A stretch of DNA of 64,000 nucleotides. It comes from Polyangiales bacterium. Lineage in GTDB: Bacteria > Myxococcota_A > Polyangia > Polyangiales > JADJQN01. Under the pieces are notes generated by a model. The model ran no database searches. It was not told the DNA's origin and was given only the letters and a program-made list of their open reading frames with translations. Shown here one piece after another: positions 10,348 through 20,003 of the stretch. Every line of letters begins with the position of its first letter. Position 1 is the stretch's first letter. Location of the stretch: assembly GCA_964202905.1 (NCBI GenBank), contig CAXNJO010000012.1, positions 32,001 to 96,000 on the forward strand, given 5' to 3'. The translations under genes were made by a program, and so were the position numbers.

Positions 10348-11384
10348 GGCGCCTTCCACAGCGCGACGTTGCCCGCGGCGTCGCCCGCGAAGACGGCACG
10401 CTGCCGCGGATGCCAGCCGAGCGCGGTGATCTCGTCGTCGAGGAACGCGTAGCGGACGGGCCGCCTGCCGCGCCGGGGCTCCCAGAGCAGGACCGAGGTA
10501 TCCTGCGCGCCGCTCGCGAGCATGCCGCTCCGTGGCGCGAACGCGAGTCGCGTGCAGAGCGCCTTGTGGCCCTCGAGCTGGATGGGCCGCGTCCCCTCGG
10601 GACCCTTGCCGCGGAAGTCCCAGAGCGTGACGTCGGCGTCGCCCGATGTCGCGAGCAGCCGCGCCTCGTCGTCCCACGCGAGCGCGCGCGGCTTGAACGC
10701 ATAGCCGCTCATCTGCGAGTCCTTGCCGGTCGACAGACGCCAGAAGTGAACCGCGCAGTCCTGACTCGCGCAGGCGACGACTTTGTCGTCGGGGCTGAGC
10801 GCGAGGGAGATGAGCGAGCCCTTCCAGGCGAACGTGCGCTCGCGCGCGCCGGCCACCATGGGGAAGAGCGTCACGCCGCCGTAGCAGGACGCGAGCACAC
10901 CGCTGCCGTCGCTGCGCCAGGCGAGCCCGGTGACGCTGCTCGCGAGCGGCTCCGACTCGAAGCGCAGCGTGCCCTCGGCCGTCCACACGCGGACGCGACG
11001 CCCCGCGCCCGTCGCGAGCAGCCCACCGACGGGCGCCCACGCGACGTGCTCGACCCACGCGGCTCCCCCGCCGGGCAACTCCGCGAGTGGCGCGCCCGCG
11101 GTGCTCCAGAGGCGGACGCTCGGCGCGTGGCCGCAGGTCGCGAAGCGCGCACCGTCCGGCGCGATCGCGACGCCGAGGAGACCATCGGCGTGGGCCCGCA
11201 CGCGGAGACGCTCGACGCCCGTCTCACCGTCGAGCCCGATCGCGTCCCCGTTCCCGGCCCCGACGAGGCACAGCGATCCATCCGGCGTGAAGGTCGCCGC
11301 GGTCACGTAGTCGCCGACGCTCTGCCGCCAGGCGGGCGCGAGCTCGTGGTCCGCGCGCGGCGGCGCGTCGCCTACGCGAGGCAT
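10344..11384 (-). CDS. WD40 repeat protein
   Basis: Repeats such as FATCGHAPSVRLWS, LATSGDADVTLWD, LASGAQDTSVLLWE. Confidence 0.92.
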   Translation of the reverse strand: MPRVGDAPPRADHELAPAWRQSVGDYVTAATFTPDGSLCLVGAGNGDAIGLDGETGVERLRVRAHADGLLGVAIAPDGARFATCGHAPSVRLWSTAGAPLAELPGGGAAWVEHVAWAPVGGLLATGAGRRVRVWTAEGTLRFESEPLASSVTGLAWRSDGSGVLASCYGGVTLFPMVAGARERTFAWKGSLISLALSPDDKVVACASQDCAVHFWRLSTGKDSQMSGYAFKPRALAWDDEARLLATSGDADVTLWDFRGKGPEGTRPIQLEGHKALCTRLAFAPRSGMLASGAQDTSVLLWEPRRGRRPVRYAFLDDEITALGWHPRQRAVFAGDAAGNVALWKAP

Positions 11385-11923
11385 CGTTCAACCCCCCGGC
11401 GCAGCCCGTCGCCATCGAGGCGACGACCGATGAAGACGAGGTCGCTCGCCCGGTGCGCGTCGCCCCACGGCCGGTCCTCGCGCCCATCGAAGAGCATGTG
11501 GACGCCTTGGAACACGAAGCGGTTGTCCATGCCGCGGACGTTCAGGATCCCCTTCATGCGGAAGATGTCGTTGCCCTGCGCGCGCAGGAGCGTCGAGATC
11601 CAATCCTCGAGCCGCTTCTCGTCGATGGCGCCCTCGAGATGGATCGAGACCGAGCCCACCTCTTCGTCGTGCGTGTGCGTCGCGCGCAGCTCCGCCTCGG
11701 CGTCGGGCAGCTTCGTGACGCCCGCGCGCGTGAGCTGCATCGAAAACTCGCTCGGGAGGTGCTGCGTGTAGAGGCCCGTCCCCCACAGGGCCGCGATGCG
11801 CGCCGCGCGTCAGAGCCCCGGCTCGCGCTGCACGAGCGCGGAGACCGCGACGACGTGGTCCGCGTCGATCGCGTGGCGTAGCCCGAGTCCCACGCCGAGC
11901 CAGAGCACCGACCACCCCGTCAC
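11372..11923 (-). pseudogene. Chimeric remnant: NiCoT/UreH-like N-terminus fused in frame to a CobW/COG0523 C-terminal domain; in-frame TGA at 11810-11812
   Basis: LGLRHAIDADHVVAV...GL*RAARIAALWGTG, then LYTQHLPSEF...HTHDEEVGSVS...IFRMKGIL...FQGVHM...LVFIGRRLD; no GTPase domain. Confidence 0.75.
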
Positions 11924-11948
11924 GACGCGCTGCCGTCCGTGCGCCGGC

Positions 11949-12395
11949 TCATGGGCGCTCGACCGTCGTCACGACGAGCACGATCCGCGCGATCCCCTCG
12001 GCCTCGATGGGCGGCGAGCGATGCACGGCGCCACGCCCGCCCGGCGCGAGCGAACCGCGCATCCCGAGCACGTCGCCCGTCGCGGGACGGCGCACGGCTG
12101 CAGCGTCTCTCACGATCTCGCGGTTCGCGTCGAAGGGGCAGTCGGGCGGGTGCTCCATCGCGGCGCGGTCGAAGAGCGCGGGATGGGCAACGTCCGCGTG
12201 GCCCTCGAAGAAGTCGCGCTCCCCGACGCGACGCGCGTCGAGCAACGCCGCGATCTCCCCGGGGATGCCGCGCTCCCAGCCGGGGAGGAGCACGCCGGGC
12301 TCGCGCACGGCGGCGAGCACGGCGGGATCGGGCCCGAGCCGATACGAGACGGACCGGGGCTTCACGGAGCGCGAGGACGTGGCGTCGATCTGCAT
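11949..12395 (-). pseudogene. DUF1826-like protein, apparently internally deleted
   Basis: C-terminal TGDVLGMRG...GAVHRSPPIE...RIVLV; only 148 aa, and the central FHxD...TY.G.GTEW segment I expect for the family is absent. Confidence 0.6.
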
Positions 12396-12409
12396 GGGCG
12401 CGCACCATA

Positions 12410-12426
12410 ATGCATTCGTGTTGCAA
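12410..12426. promoter_or_regulatory. Putative Zur/Fur-family operator
   Basis: ATGCATTCGTGTTGCAA, abutting the TATGGT -10 of the DUF1826-like gene. Confidence 0.65.
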
Positions 12427-12506
12427 AAACAACCAAGATTCTACTAACACCGAGATGCGTGAACGGCGCACTTCCTTCGCCGTCGCGAGACGCCGGTGGA
12501 CGCTGC

Positions 12507-12701
12507 TCAGACGGCGGCGGCGCGGGCCGCGCGGACGAGGCGGAAGTGCTCGCCGAGACCGCCGGCGAGCATCATCAGCACGCCCGTCCACTCGACCACG
12601 TGGAGGTCCCCGACGACGTGCCCCAGCACCACGAGCGCAGAGCCCGACAGCGCGTCGGCCTCGTGCGAAGGGGCAACGATGGGGAGCCGGGTCCTCGACA
12701 T
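12507..12701 (-). pseudogene. Short membrane-protein remnant, possibly MerC-domain
   Basis: 64 aa, two short hydrophobic helices with His (LVVLGH...EWTGVLMMLAGGLGEH), downstream of an operator. Confidence 0.4.
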
Positions 12702-12730
12702 CGGCCGAGGATGAACGGGCCACCAACCAG

Positions 12731-12747
12731 TTGCAAGTCTACTGCAA
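12731..12747. promoter_or_regulatory. Putative Zur/Fur-family operator
   Basis: TTGCAAGTCTACTGCAA. Confidence 0.65.
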
Positions 12748-12777
12748 CAGCAATGGCATCTCAGGAGGCGTGATGCG

Positions 12778-13215
12778 TCAGGCGCAGGCGTCGCAGGTGC
12801 CGCGCACCTGAATCGCGGTGCCCGGGCGGCGGAGCGTGCGCTGCGCGCTGCGCGGCGCGACGACCTCGACGTCCGGCATGCACGAGACGGTGCCGCACTC
12901 GCCGCAGATGAAGTGCGGGTGGAGCGCGGCCTCGTGCGCGCCCTCGCCCGCGATCAGTTCGAAGCGCCAGACGTGGTCGCCGAGGTCGGTGCGGCGGAGG
13001 ATCCCCGCCTCCGTGAGATCGGTGAGGTTGCGGTAGACCGTGGCGCGGTCGATCCCCTGATCGGCGAGGCGGTCTGCGAGGTCGCCGTGCGTGACGGCGC
13101 CCTGTTGCGCCTCGAGGGCGGCGAGCACCTCGAGGCGGGGGCCGGTGGCGCGGAGACCCGCCTCACGGAGGCGCTCTTTCAGCTCGGTTCGACGCTGTGT
13201 CTTGCTCGCTACCAT
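12778..13215 (-). CDS. Fur-family regulator, probably Zur
   Basis: GLRATGPR, IDRATVYRNL, HPHFICGECG...CDAC; zinc-related gene context. Confidence 0.92.
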   Translation of the reverse strand: MVASKTQRRTELKERLREAGLRATGPRLEVLAALEAQQGAVTHGDLADRLADQGIDRATVYRNLTDLTEAGILRRTDLGDHVWRFELIAGEGAHEAALHPHFICGECGTVSCMPDVEVVAPRSAQRTLRRPGTAIQVRGTCDACA

Positions 13216-13245
13216 GGGCGCGATCCTAGGCGGGGACCCGCGCCG

Positions 13246-13262
13246 CCGCAATGAGGTTGCTG
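13246..13262. promoter_or_regulatory. Degenerate operator upstream of the Fur-family gene (possible autoregulation)
   Basis: CCGCAATGAGGTTGCTG; TAGGAT -10 at 13228-13223. Confidence 0.5.
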
Positions 13263-13329
13263 ATGTATCTGAGGCGCGATGGCGACGCCGTGCGGGCGCG
13301 ACGCCGTCCACCGCGGCCCGTCGCGGGGA

Positions 13330-14288
13330 TCAGTGCGCGTGACCCGTGCCGTCCCAGAGGCACTCGCCCTCGCCCTGGAAGTGGCCCTGCGTCTTGAGCT
13401 GCGCGAGCACGAAGTCCCAGCCCGACTCGATCGCGAAGGGCGCGCCGGTGAGCGAGTAGTCGGGCGCGGGGAAGAGGCCCGCGGCGTCGGCGGCCTCGAG
13501 CTCCGCGCGGGTGACCGTGTCGTCGCCGTCCGTGTCTGCGTTCGCGAGCCACTGCGCCCGGCGGACGAGCGCCTCCTCGCCCGTCGGGAACGCGCTGAAG
13601 AACGAGGTGGTCGCCGTGGCAGCGTGGCGTTGACCGAGGTGGTCGTGTTCGCGGCGACGGCGACGCCGGGCGCGCCCTCCTCGGCCTCGCAGTCGCTGAA
13701 GACGGTCGGCACGGGCACGCCGAGGCGGAAGGCGATCGACGAGGCGGGGCGGCACGCCGCGCCCGGCACGCAGGACTCGCCGCCCATCTTCGTGAGGGTG
13801 CCCTCGACGAGGTAGCTGAGGCCGCCGGCGACCATCTCGTCGAAGTCGGCCTGCGAGACGCTCGCGTCGCGCGTCGAGGTGGCCGAGGCCGCCGCGAGCT
13901 CGTACGAGAACTCGTCCCAGCGCTCGGCGGAGACGCCCTCGAAGCGCGCGAGCAGGAAGCCCGTCGGCGGCAGGGCCTTGAGGTCGACGACGTACTCCGT
14001 CTCCGCGTGGAAGTGCGGGTCGGGCGTCGCCGCGCGCGCGAGCTCGACGTGTCCGACGGCGACGACGTACTTCGTGAACGCGACCGTCCAGCCATCGCTG
14101 ATCTCGTCTTCGGCGGCCCCGGCGGCGATGCCGGCGGTGATCGTCTCCTCGGCTTCGAGACGCACTTCGACGTTCCCTGTGCCGAGCGGCGCGGCGTCGT
14201 CGCCGCACCCCGCAGCGACCGGCGCGAGAGACAGCAGAGAGAGCGCGGCGAGGCGCGCCGAGGGACGTACGAGAGACTTCGTGGACAT
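13330..14288 (-). CDS. TBDR-associated lipoprotein, frameshifts near 13603-13620
   Basis: Lipobox AAGC; DGWTVAFTKY; HGDHL/FF; EF-hand-like DTDGDDTVTRAEL; GHFQGEGEC...HAH*. Confidence 0.8.
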
Positions 14289-14332
14289 GGGCGGTGACTC
14301 CTGATCGGTGAGGGGGAGAGGGACTTCCAGAC

Positions 14333-15115
14333 TCAAGGCGTGACGCTCGACTCCCCGGTGATCGCGGGCAGGCGCGCGTTGGTCATCGCGCCGTGGAGCG
14401 CGTTCCAGGCCGTGGTGCCGGGCGCGATCACGACGTCTTCGTCGGTGGCCGCGACGCGCGCACAAGCGAGCGCGTCGAAGTTCACGCGCGCGACCCACGC
14501 GCCCGGATCGACGCGCACGAGGAGGCGCTCGGAGGGGCCGGCGAGATCGCGCCGGACGGGCGCGCTCTGCACGCCGTAGAGGCCGGCCTCGCTCGGATCG
14601 ACGTCGACGTCGGCGGCGAAGCGCAGCCGCGTCGCGCCGCGCGTCGCGCTGCCGCGGAGGACGAGCGAGTGACCCTCCGGCGCGATGGCATCGGGGCGCA
14701 CGCCGGCCGAGGTGAAGAGCCAGGAGCGGCCGTAGTCCCACATGGCCGACTGCGCGCGTCCCGTGAGCGCGTGGCCCTCGCCGAGCAGGGCGGGCGTGGG
14801 GTCGAGCGCGTCGATCACGCCGACGTCGAGCAGCTCGGCGAGCGACTCGGGGCAGAGGTCGGGCTCGGCGCGCACGCTCGCGCAGAGGTAGAGCGGTCCG
14901 AACGCCACGTCGGCGCGCTCGAGCGTGACCTGCCAGTCGCCACCGTCGCAGGCGCAGGGCGAAGCACACGCCTCGGGCTCGCGCGCGGGGACGGTGAGCG
15001 TCGCCGTGGCCGTGCCCGCGCCCTCGACGCGGAGCGGATACACGTCCTGGCCCGTGCTGCCGCACGCAGCGCACAGGGCGAGAATCGGGAGAATCCGTGC
15101 GATGGTGGGGCACAT
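14333..15115 (-). CDS. TBDR-associated lipoprotein
   Basis: MCPTIARILPILALCAAC lipobox; WQVTLERADVAFGPLYLC; start overlaps the TBDR stop. Confidence 0.8.
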   Translation of the reverse strand: MCPTIARILPILALCAACGSTGQDVYPLRVEGAGTATATLTVPAREPEACASPCACDGGDWQVTLERADVAFGPLYLCASVRAEPDLCPESLAELLDVGVIDALDPTPALLGEGHALTGRAQSAMWDYGRSWLFTSAGVRPDAIAPEGHSLVLRGSATRGATRLRFAADVDVDPSEAGLYGVQSAPVRRDLAGPSERLLVRVDPGAWVARVNFDALACARVAATDEDVVIAPGTTAWNALHGAMTNARLPAITGESSVTP

Positions 15116-17800
15116 CACAGAGTCACTCCCAGCGTGCCGAGCACGGTGAGCGGCGCGCCCGCCGCGAGGTGCCGCGCGGGCAGGCGTGAAGGTGTCTCCG
15201 TGGTGCTCCACGTCGAGGCGAAGGAGTACTCGGTGGCCGCGTAGCGCGTGTCCGCGAGGTTGAAGGCCTCGACGCCGAGCTCGAACCAGCGCCAGCGCAG
15301 GGACGCCGAGGCGTCGAGCAGCGCGACGGGATCCGCGAACGCGCCGAAGGGCAGCGGGCGCGACGAGAGGTACGAGAAGCCGACGCCGACGCGCCCCGCG
15401 AGGTCGCCGCCGCCGACGCGCGCGAGCGTGTGCTTGGCGCCGACGTCGACGCGCAGCACGACGGGCGGCACGTACGGCAAGAGCTGGCCGGGCTCGTAGG
15501 GCGGGTTGGGGTTCGCGTTGGTCGGGACGGGCGGCGCATCCAGCGTCGCGCGCACGAAGGTCGCGGAGCCCGAGGCCGTGAGCCACGTCCACGGGCGCGC
15601 CGTCACGTAGAGCACCGCGCCGAGGCGCGACGTCGGGCCGACGGGCTCGAGCCGCGCGCTCTCCGGCTCGAAGACGACATCCGTCGAGAGCGCGGTGAGG
15701 TAGCCCGCGGCGGTGACGTCGAGACGGCCGCGCGTGTCGAGACGCCAGCGCACGCCGACGTCGCCGGAGCGCACGCGGGCGAAGGGCGTCGTCTCGCCCT
15801 CGTCGAGCGTGCGCGCCTGCGGCGAGCGGAAGCCCTCGCCGTACGACGCAAAGGCCGAGAACGTGGGCACGGGCGCGTACTCGAGCGTCACGCGCGGACC
15901 CGCGGCAAGGCCGAAGGCGGTGCGCCGATAGCCGACGATGTACGCGTCCGGGCGGATGCGCGGGATGAAGTTGCCGAGGCGATCGTCGACGTCGTACGCG
16001 AGCGCGTCGGCGCGCACGCCGCCGCGGAGCCGCAGCACGCGCGCGAAGCGCCAGTCGAGATCGACGAAGGCGCCGACGTCGAGGGTCTGCAAGGTGGCGT
16101 CGACGCGGCGGTCCCAGGTCTCGTTCTGCGGCGCCTGCAGGAGGTTCTGCGCCTGCTCGATGCGGTCGAGACGCGCCACCGCGCCGAGCTCGACGGTGCC
16201 GCGCGCCCATGAGGCGGGCGCGAAGGTGCGCAGGCGATAGCTGGCGTTCGCGCCGAGCGAGACGGCGTCGTTGAGCTGCTCGTTGAGGTCGCCGCGGCCG
16301 ACCCAATCGGGGTTGGTGCGCGAGCGCTCGCGGTAGCCCGTGAAGTTCGTGCGGACGCGCAGGTGCGTGAGCGATGTCCACGCGCCGAGGCGCAGGCGCG
16401 CGCCGCGCCTCACCGCGGCGATCGATCGTCACGCCGAGCTGCGCGCGCGAGGAGAGCGCGGACTGCGAGGTGGCCGTCGCGTCCGGGTAGGTGTCGTAGA
16501 AGCCCACGCGCCCCGCGTCGACGTCGTCGCGGCGCACGACGCCCGCGAGCCCCGCGCGCGCGCCGGAGAGCGCGGTGTGCAGCACGCCGCGCCATGCGCC
16601 GCCGCCGAAGCCGTACTGCGCGATCAGCGTGCCCGACTCGCCCGCGCGGTTCTGCCCGAAGCCGTTCGTGCGGCGATACGCGAAGGCGCCGAAGGTCTCG
16701 TCGCGCTCGCCCTCGGGGGCCCACGCGAGGAACTGCCGGAAGGTGCCGAAGCTGCCGTACGTCGTGCGCGCGACCGCGCCGCGCTCGCGCATGCCGAGCT
16801 CGAGGTCGATGCTGCCCGCGACGGCGAAGTCGCCCTGGTGCGGGTCGTAGACGCCCTCCGTCACGCGGAGCGAGCGCACGACCTCGGGCAGCACGAAGCC
16901 GAGATCCGCGTAGCCCTGCCCGTGCAGGTGCGAGGGCTGGTTGAGCGGGATACCCCCTGCAGAGATGGCGAGGTCCTGGCCATGCTCGGCGTCGAAGCCG
17001 CGCAACATGATCTGGTGCGCGACGGCGTCGCCCTCGGGGCGCGCGACGTAGACGCCGGGCGCGGTGCGCAGGAGTTCGCCCGCGTCGGCGTGCGGCGCGG
17101 CCTCGAGGAGATCGCGATCGACGACGACGTCGCTCCCGGTGCGCGACTGATCGCGGCGCTCAGCGGCGACGACGTCCGCGCTCGCGCGGGCACCGAACGC
17201 CGGCTCGGCCGCGGGGGTGGGCGTCGCCGGCGACGCGGGCGAGGCCGGGCGCGCACGGCGGCGGGGCGCGTGGCGCTCGACGAAAGGCGCCTCGTCGGGC
17301 TGGGTGACCTCGACCTCCGGCAGCGTGAAATGCACGGCGATGCGCACGCGACTCGCGACCGGCTGCGACCCGCGCCGCGCGGGCGCGAACGTCCAGCGCT
17401 GCACGGCCTCGGCCGCGGCCACGTCGAAGTCCGTGCCCATCGAGACCTCGACGTGCGCGTCGCGCACGCGCCCATCGGCCCCGACGAGGACGTGCAGGAC
17501 GACGGTGGGCTCGGTGCCCTCGCCCATGCGCTCCGGCGGGTAATCGGGCGGAGGCGCCTCGACGAGACGCGGCGGCTCGAGCGCGAGGGCGCCGCCCCCG
17601 CCCGTCGGCGGCGCATCGCCCGCGGGCGTCTGCGCGCCGACCGCGACCCCGCCGTCGACCGCGACCCCGCCGTCGACCGCGACGCTCGGCACCCCGCCGT
17701 CGACCGCGACGCCCGCGTCTTGCGCATGCGCGCCCGCGGCGGCGGCGAGAAACGCCCCGAACGCGAGCGCGGAGGCGGGGCGGCAGAAGCGGAAGAGCAT
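15115..17800 (-). CDS. TonB-dependent receptor with fused N-terminal TonB C-domain, frameshift near 16410
   Basis: Signal peptide; PDYP...GADGRV...AVQRWTFAPA; plug LRGFDAEHGQD, HLHGQGYAD; barrel end FNLADTRY...GTLGVTL. Confidence 0.9.
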
Positions 17801-17832
17801 GCGCGGCCGGGCTTAGCGCGTCCGAAGTGTTG

Positions 17833-17849
17833 TTGCAACCGGGTTGCAA
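17833..17849. promoter_or_regulatory. Putative Zur/Fur-family operator (perfect palindrome)
   Basis: TTGCAAC-CGG-GTTGCAA, 33 nt upstream of the TBDR ATG. Confidence 0.75.
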
Positions 17850-17876
17850 ACAAGGGGACGCGCGCCCGGCCCGCGG

Positions 17877-19796
17877 TCAGTGCGAGGGGCTGCCCTGCAG
17901 GTAGCTCTTGCCCTTGTACGTCCACGCCAGGAGCGTGAAGAGCAGCGCGGCGCCGACCATGAGGCCCGTGAAGACCCAGAAGAACTGGGACAGCTCGAGG
18001 ATCGCCTCCATCGGCGCGAGGAAGGCCACGAGCACGTTGCCGAACGTCACGCAGAGCAGCCAGACGCCCATCATCGTGCTCTTCATGGCGCGCGGCGCCT
18101 GCGTGTAGGCGAACTCGAGGCCGGTCACGCTGACGAGGACCTCCGCCGTCGTCATCACGATGTACTGGCCGAACTGCCAGAGCACCGGCACGTGGCCCTC
18201 GCCCGCGGCCTCGATCCGCTGCTGCAGGAGCGCGGCGACGGCGAACGCGACGGCCGCGAGGAACATGCCGACGCTCATCTTCTGGAGCGGCTTCACGGTG
18301 ATGCCGCGCGCCTCGAGCGGCCCGTACACGAACGCGCCGAGCGCGGGGATGATCATCATCACCATCAGCGGGTTGAGCGCGCTGATCTGCTCGGCCTTGA
18401 GCGCCTGGTCGACGAACTCGTGCGTCAGGAGATCGGCGATCCCGCAGGCGACGCCCGCGACGACCCACGCCCCCACGACGCCGAGCGTGACCTTGCGCGG
18501 GACGCGCAGGTTCGAGATCCACGAGAAGAGCCACACGCCGCCGAACGCCGCGAGCGCGACGGTGCCGTAGACGACGAAGGCGAACGTGTAGCGCGGCACG
18601 GTGATGGTGAGATCCATCGCCTGCGCCTGCGTGATCCACGTCGAGGCGTGCTGATCGAAGAGCGCCCAGAACACGCTGACCATCGAGAACACGACGACGA
18701 TGCGCATGACCGCGGGCGGGCCGTCGCCCGCTTCTTCGCCGAACTTCTCGCGCACCAGATCGAACATCGACTGCCCGGGCTTGCGCTCGCCGCGGTGCCG
18801 CAGCGCGTAGAAGAGCATCGCCACGAAGCCGGTGTCCGACGCGCGCCGCTGCCGGATCGAGAAGAGCACGGCGCCGAGCGTGACGGCCGCGACGGACGCG
18901 GCGAAATACGGCCACGCCTGCCCGGCGAGGAAGGCGAGGTATTCACGGATGTACTCGCCGTAGAACGCGCTCGCCGAGAGCGCGCCGCGCTCGGGGGCCT
19001 TGAAGTCGCTCGCGACGACGAAGACCGCGGCGATGATCGCGATCACGGGCGAGAAGAAGAGGACGGTGACGACGGAGTCGAGCAGGCCGAGGCTGCCGCC
19101 CGGCTTCGGGGGCACGCGCACGAAGCGGTTGCGCCCGATCCAGAAGACGATCGTCGCGAGCGCCATGAAGATGCCGGGCACGCCGAACGCGACCTCGGCG
19201 CCGAACTTGTCCTTGAGGATCGGCGTGAGGATCGTGGAGAAGAACGAGCCGAAGTTGATGATGAAGTAGAAGATCTGGAAGACGATCGTGACGAGGCCGC
19301 GGTTCTTCTCGCTGAACTGGTCGCCGACGTTCGCGCTGACGCAGGGCTTGATGCCGCCCGAGCCCATCGCGATGAGCGCGAGGCCGCAATAGAACCCGTA
19401 CTCGGCGAGCATCCAGTTCTCGCCGGCGGCGAAGCGCCCGGCGAGCGCGAGCACGCCGTGGCCGCCGCAGTAGACGAGCGAGAGCCAGAAGATGACGGGG
19501 TACTTGCCGAGCAGGCGATCCGCGAGGACGGCGCCGATCATGGGGAAGGCGTAGACGCCCGCGAAGAACAGGTGCGTGACCGCCGTCGCCTTGCTGCTCG
19601 CCGCCTTCGCCGCCGCCTCGCCCGCGACCTCGGGGAGCACGTTCCGCAGGTAGAGGACGACGAGGTACGTCTTCAGGATCGCGCGCATCCCGTAGAAGCT
19701 GAAGCGCTCGGCGCCCTCGTTGCCGACGATGAAGGGGATGCCGGCGGGGAAGCGCGAGGCCTCGGGATCGGCGGTCGCGGGGACGGTCTGGCTCAT
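17877..19796 (-). CDS. POT/PTR2 proton-coupled oligopeptide transporter
   Basis: EGAERFSFYGMR, GSGGIKP, FYFIINFGS, GLEFAYTQAP. Confidence 0.95.
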   Translation of the reverse strand: MSQTVPATADPEASRFPAGIPFIVGNEGAERFSFYGMRAILKTYLVVLYLRNVLPEVAGEAAAKAASSKATAVTHLFFAGVYAFPMIGAVLADRLLGKYPVIFWLSLVYCGGHGVLALAGRFAAGENWMLAEYGFYCGLALIAMGSGGIKPCVSANVGDQFSEKNRGLVTIVFQIFYFIINFGSFFSTILTPILKDKFGAEVAFGVPGIFMALATIVFWIGRNRFVRVPPKPGGSLGLLDSVVTVLFFSPVIAIIAAVFVVASDFKAPERGALSASAFYGEYIREYLAFLAGQAWPYFAASVAAVTLGAVLFSIRQRRASDTGFVAMLFYALRHRGERKPGQSMFDLVREKFGEEAGDGPPAVMRIVVVFSMVSVFWALFDQHASTWITQAQAMDLTITVPRYTFAFVVYGTVALAAFGGVWLFSWISNLRVPRKVTLGVVGAWVVAGVACGIADLLTHEFVDQALKAEQISALNPLMVMMIIPALGAFVYGPLEARGITVKPLQKMSVGMFLAAVAFAVAALLQQRIEAAGEGHVPVLWQFGQYIVMTTAEVLVSVTGLEFAYTQAPRAMKSTMMGVWLLCVTFGNVLVAFLAPMEAILELSQFFWVFTGLMVGAALLFTLLAWTYKGKSYLQGSPSH

Positions 19797-20003
19797 GCGG
19801 GTGGCTCCGGGGGAAGGCCGCGACGGGACGCGTGTTCCGCGTCACGACCGGCCGTCGGCGATGGCGACGCTATCACGAACGTCACGCGACCGACGCAACG
19901 GCGACGCGCGCGGCGCAGGCCCATTTCGCGTGAGCTTTCGTGTGGCCGCCGGGGTGCCGCTGCGGCATCCTCCGCCGCTCTTTCGATCGGTGGAGGCACG
20001 TCG

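Noticed and set aside
11810..11812. In-frame TGA as selenocysteine or recoding
   Set aside because: It sits in a truncated NiCoT fragment where Trp (TGG) is plausible, with no redox motif; a nonsense mutation is simpler
14333..17800. 1155-aa TBDR-lipoprotein fusion ORF
   Set aside because: The barrel continues in another frame (15115-16413) and the lipoprotein has its own start
17844..20003. Long antisense ORFs (also 238-1764, 3237-5774, 42918-45695, 61209-63914)
   Set aside because: Shadow ORFs expected from high-GC codon bias opposite real genes
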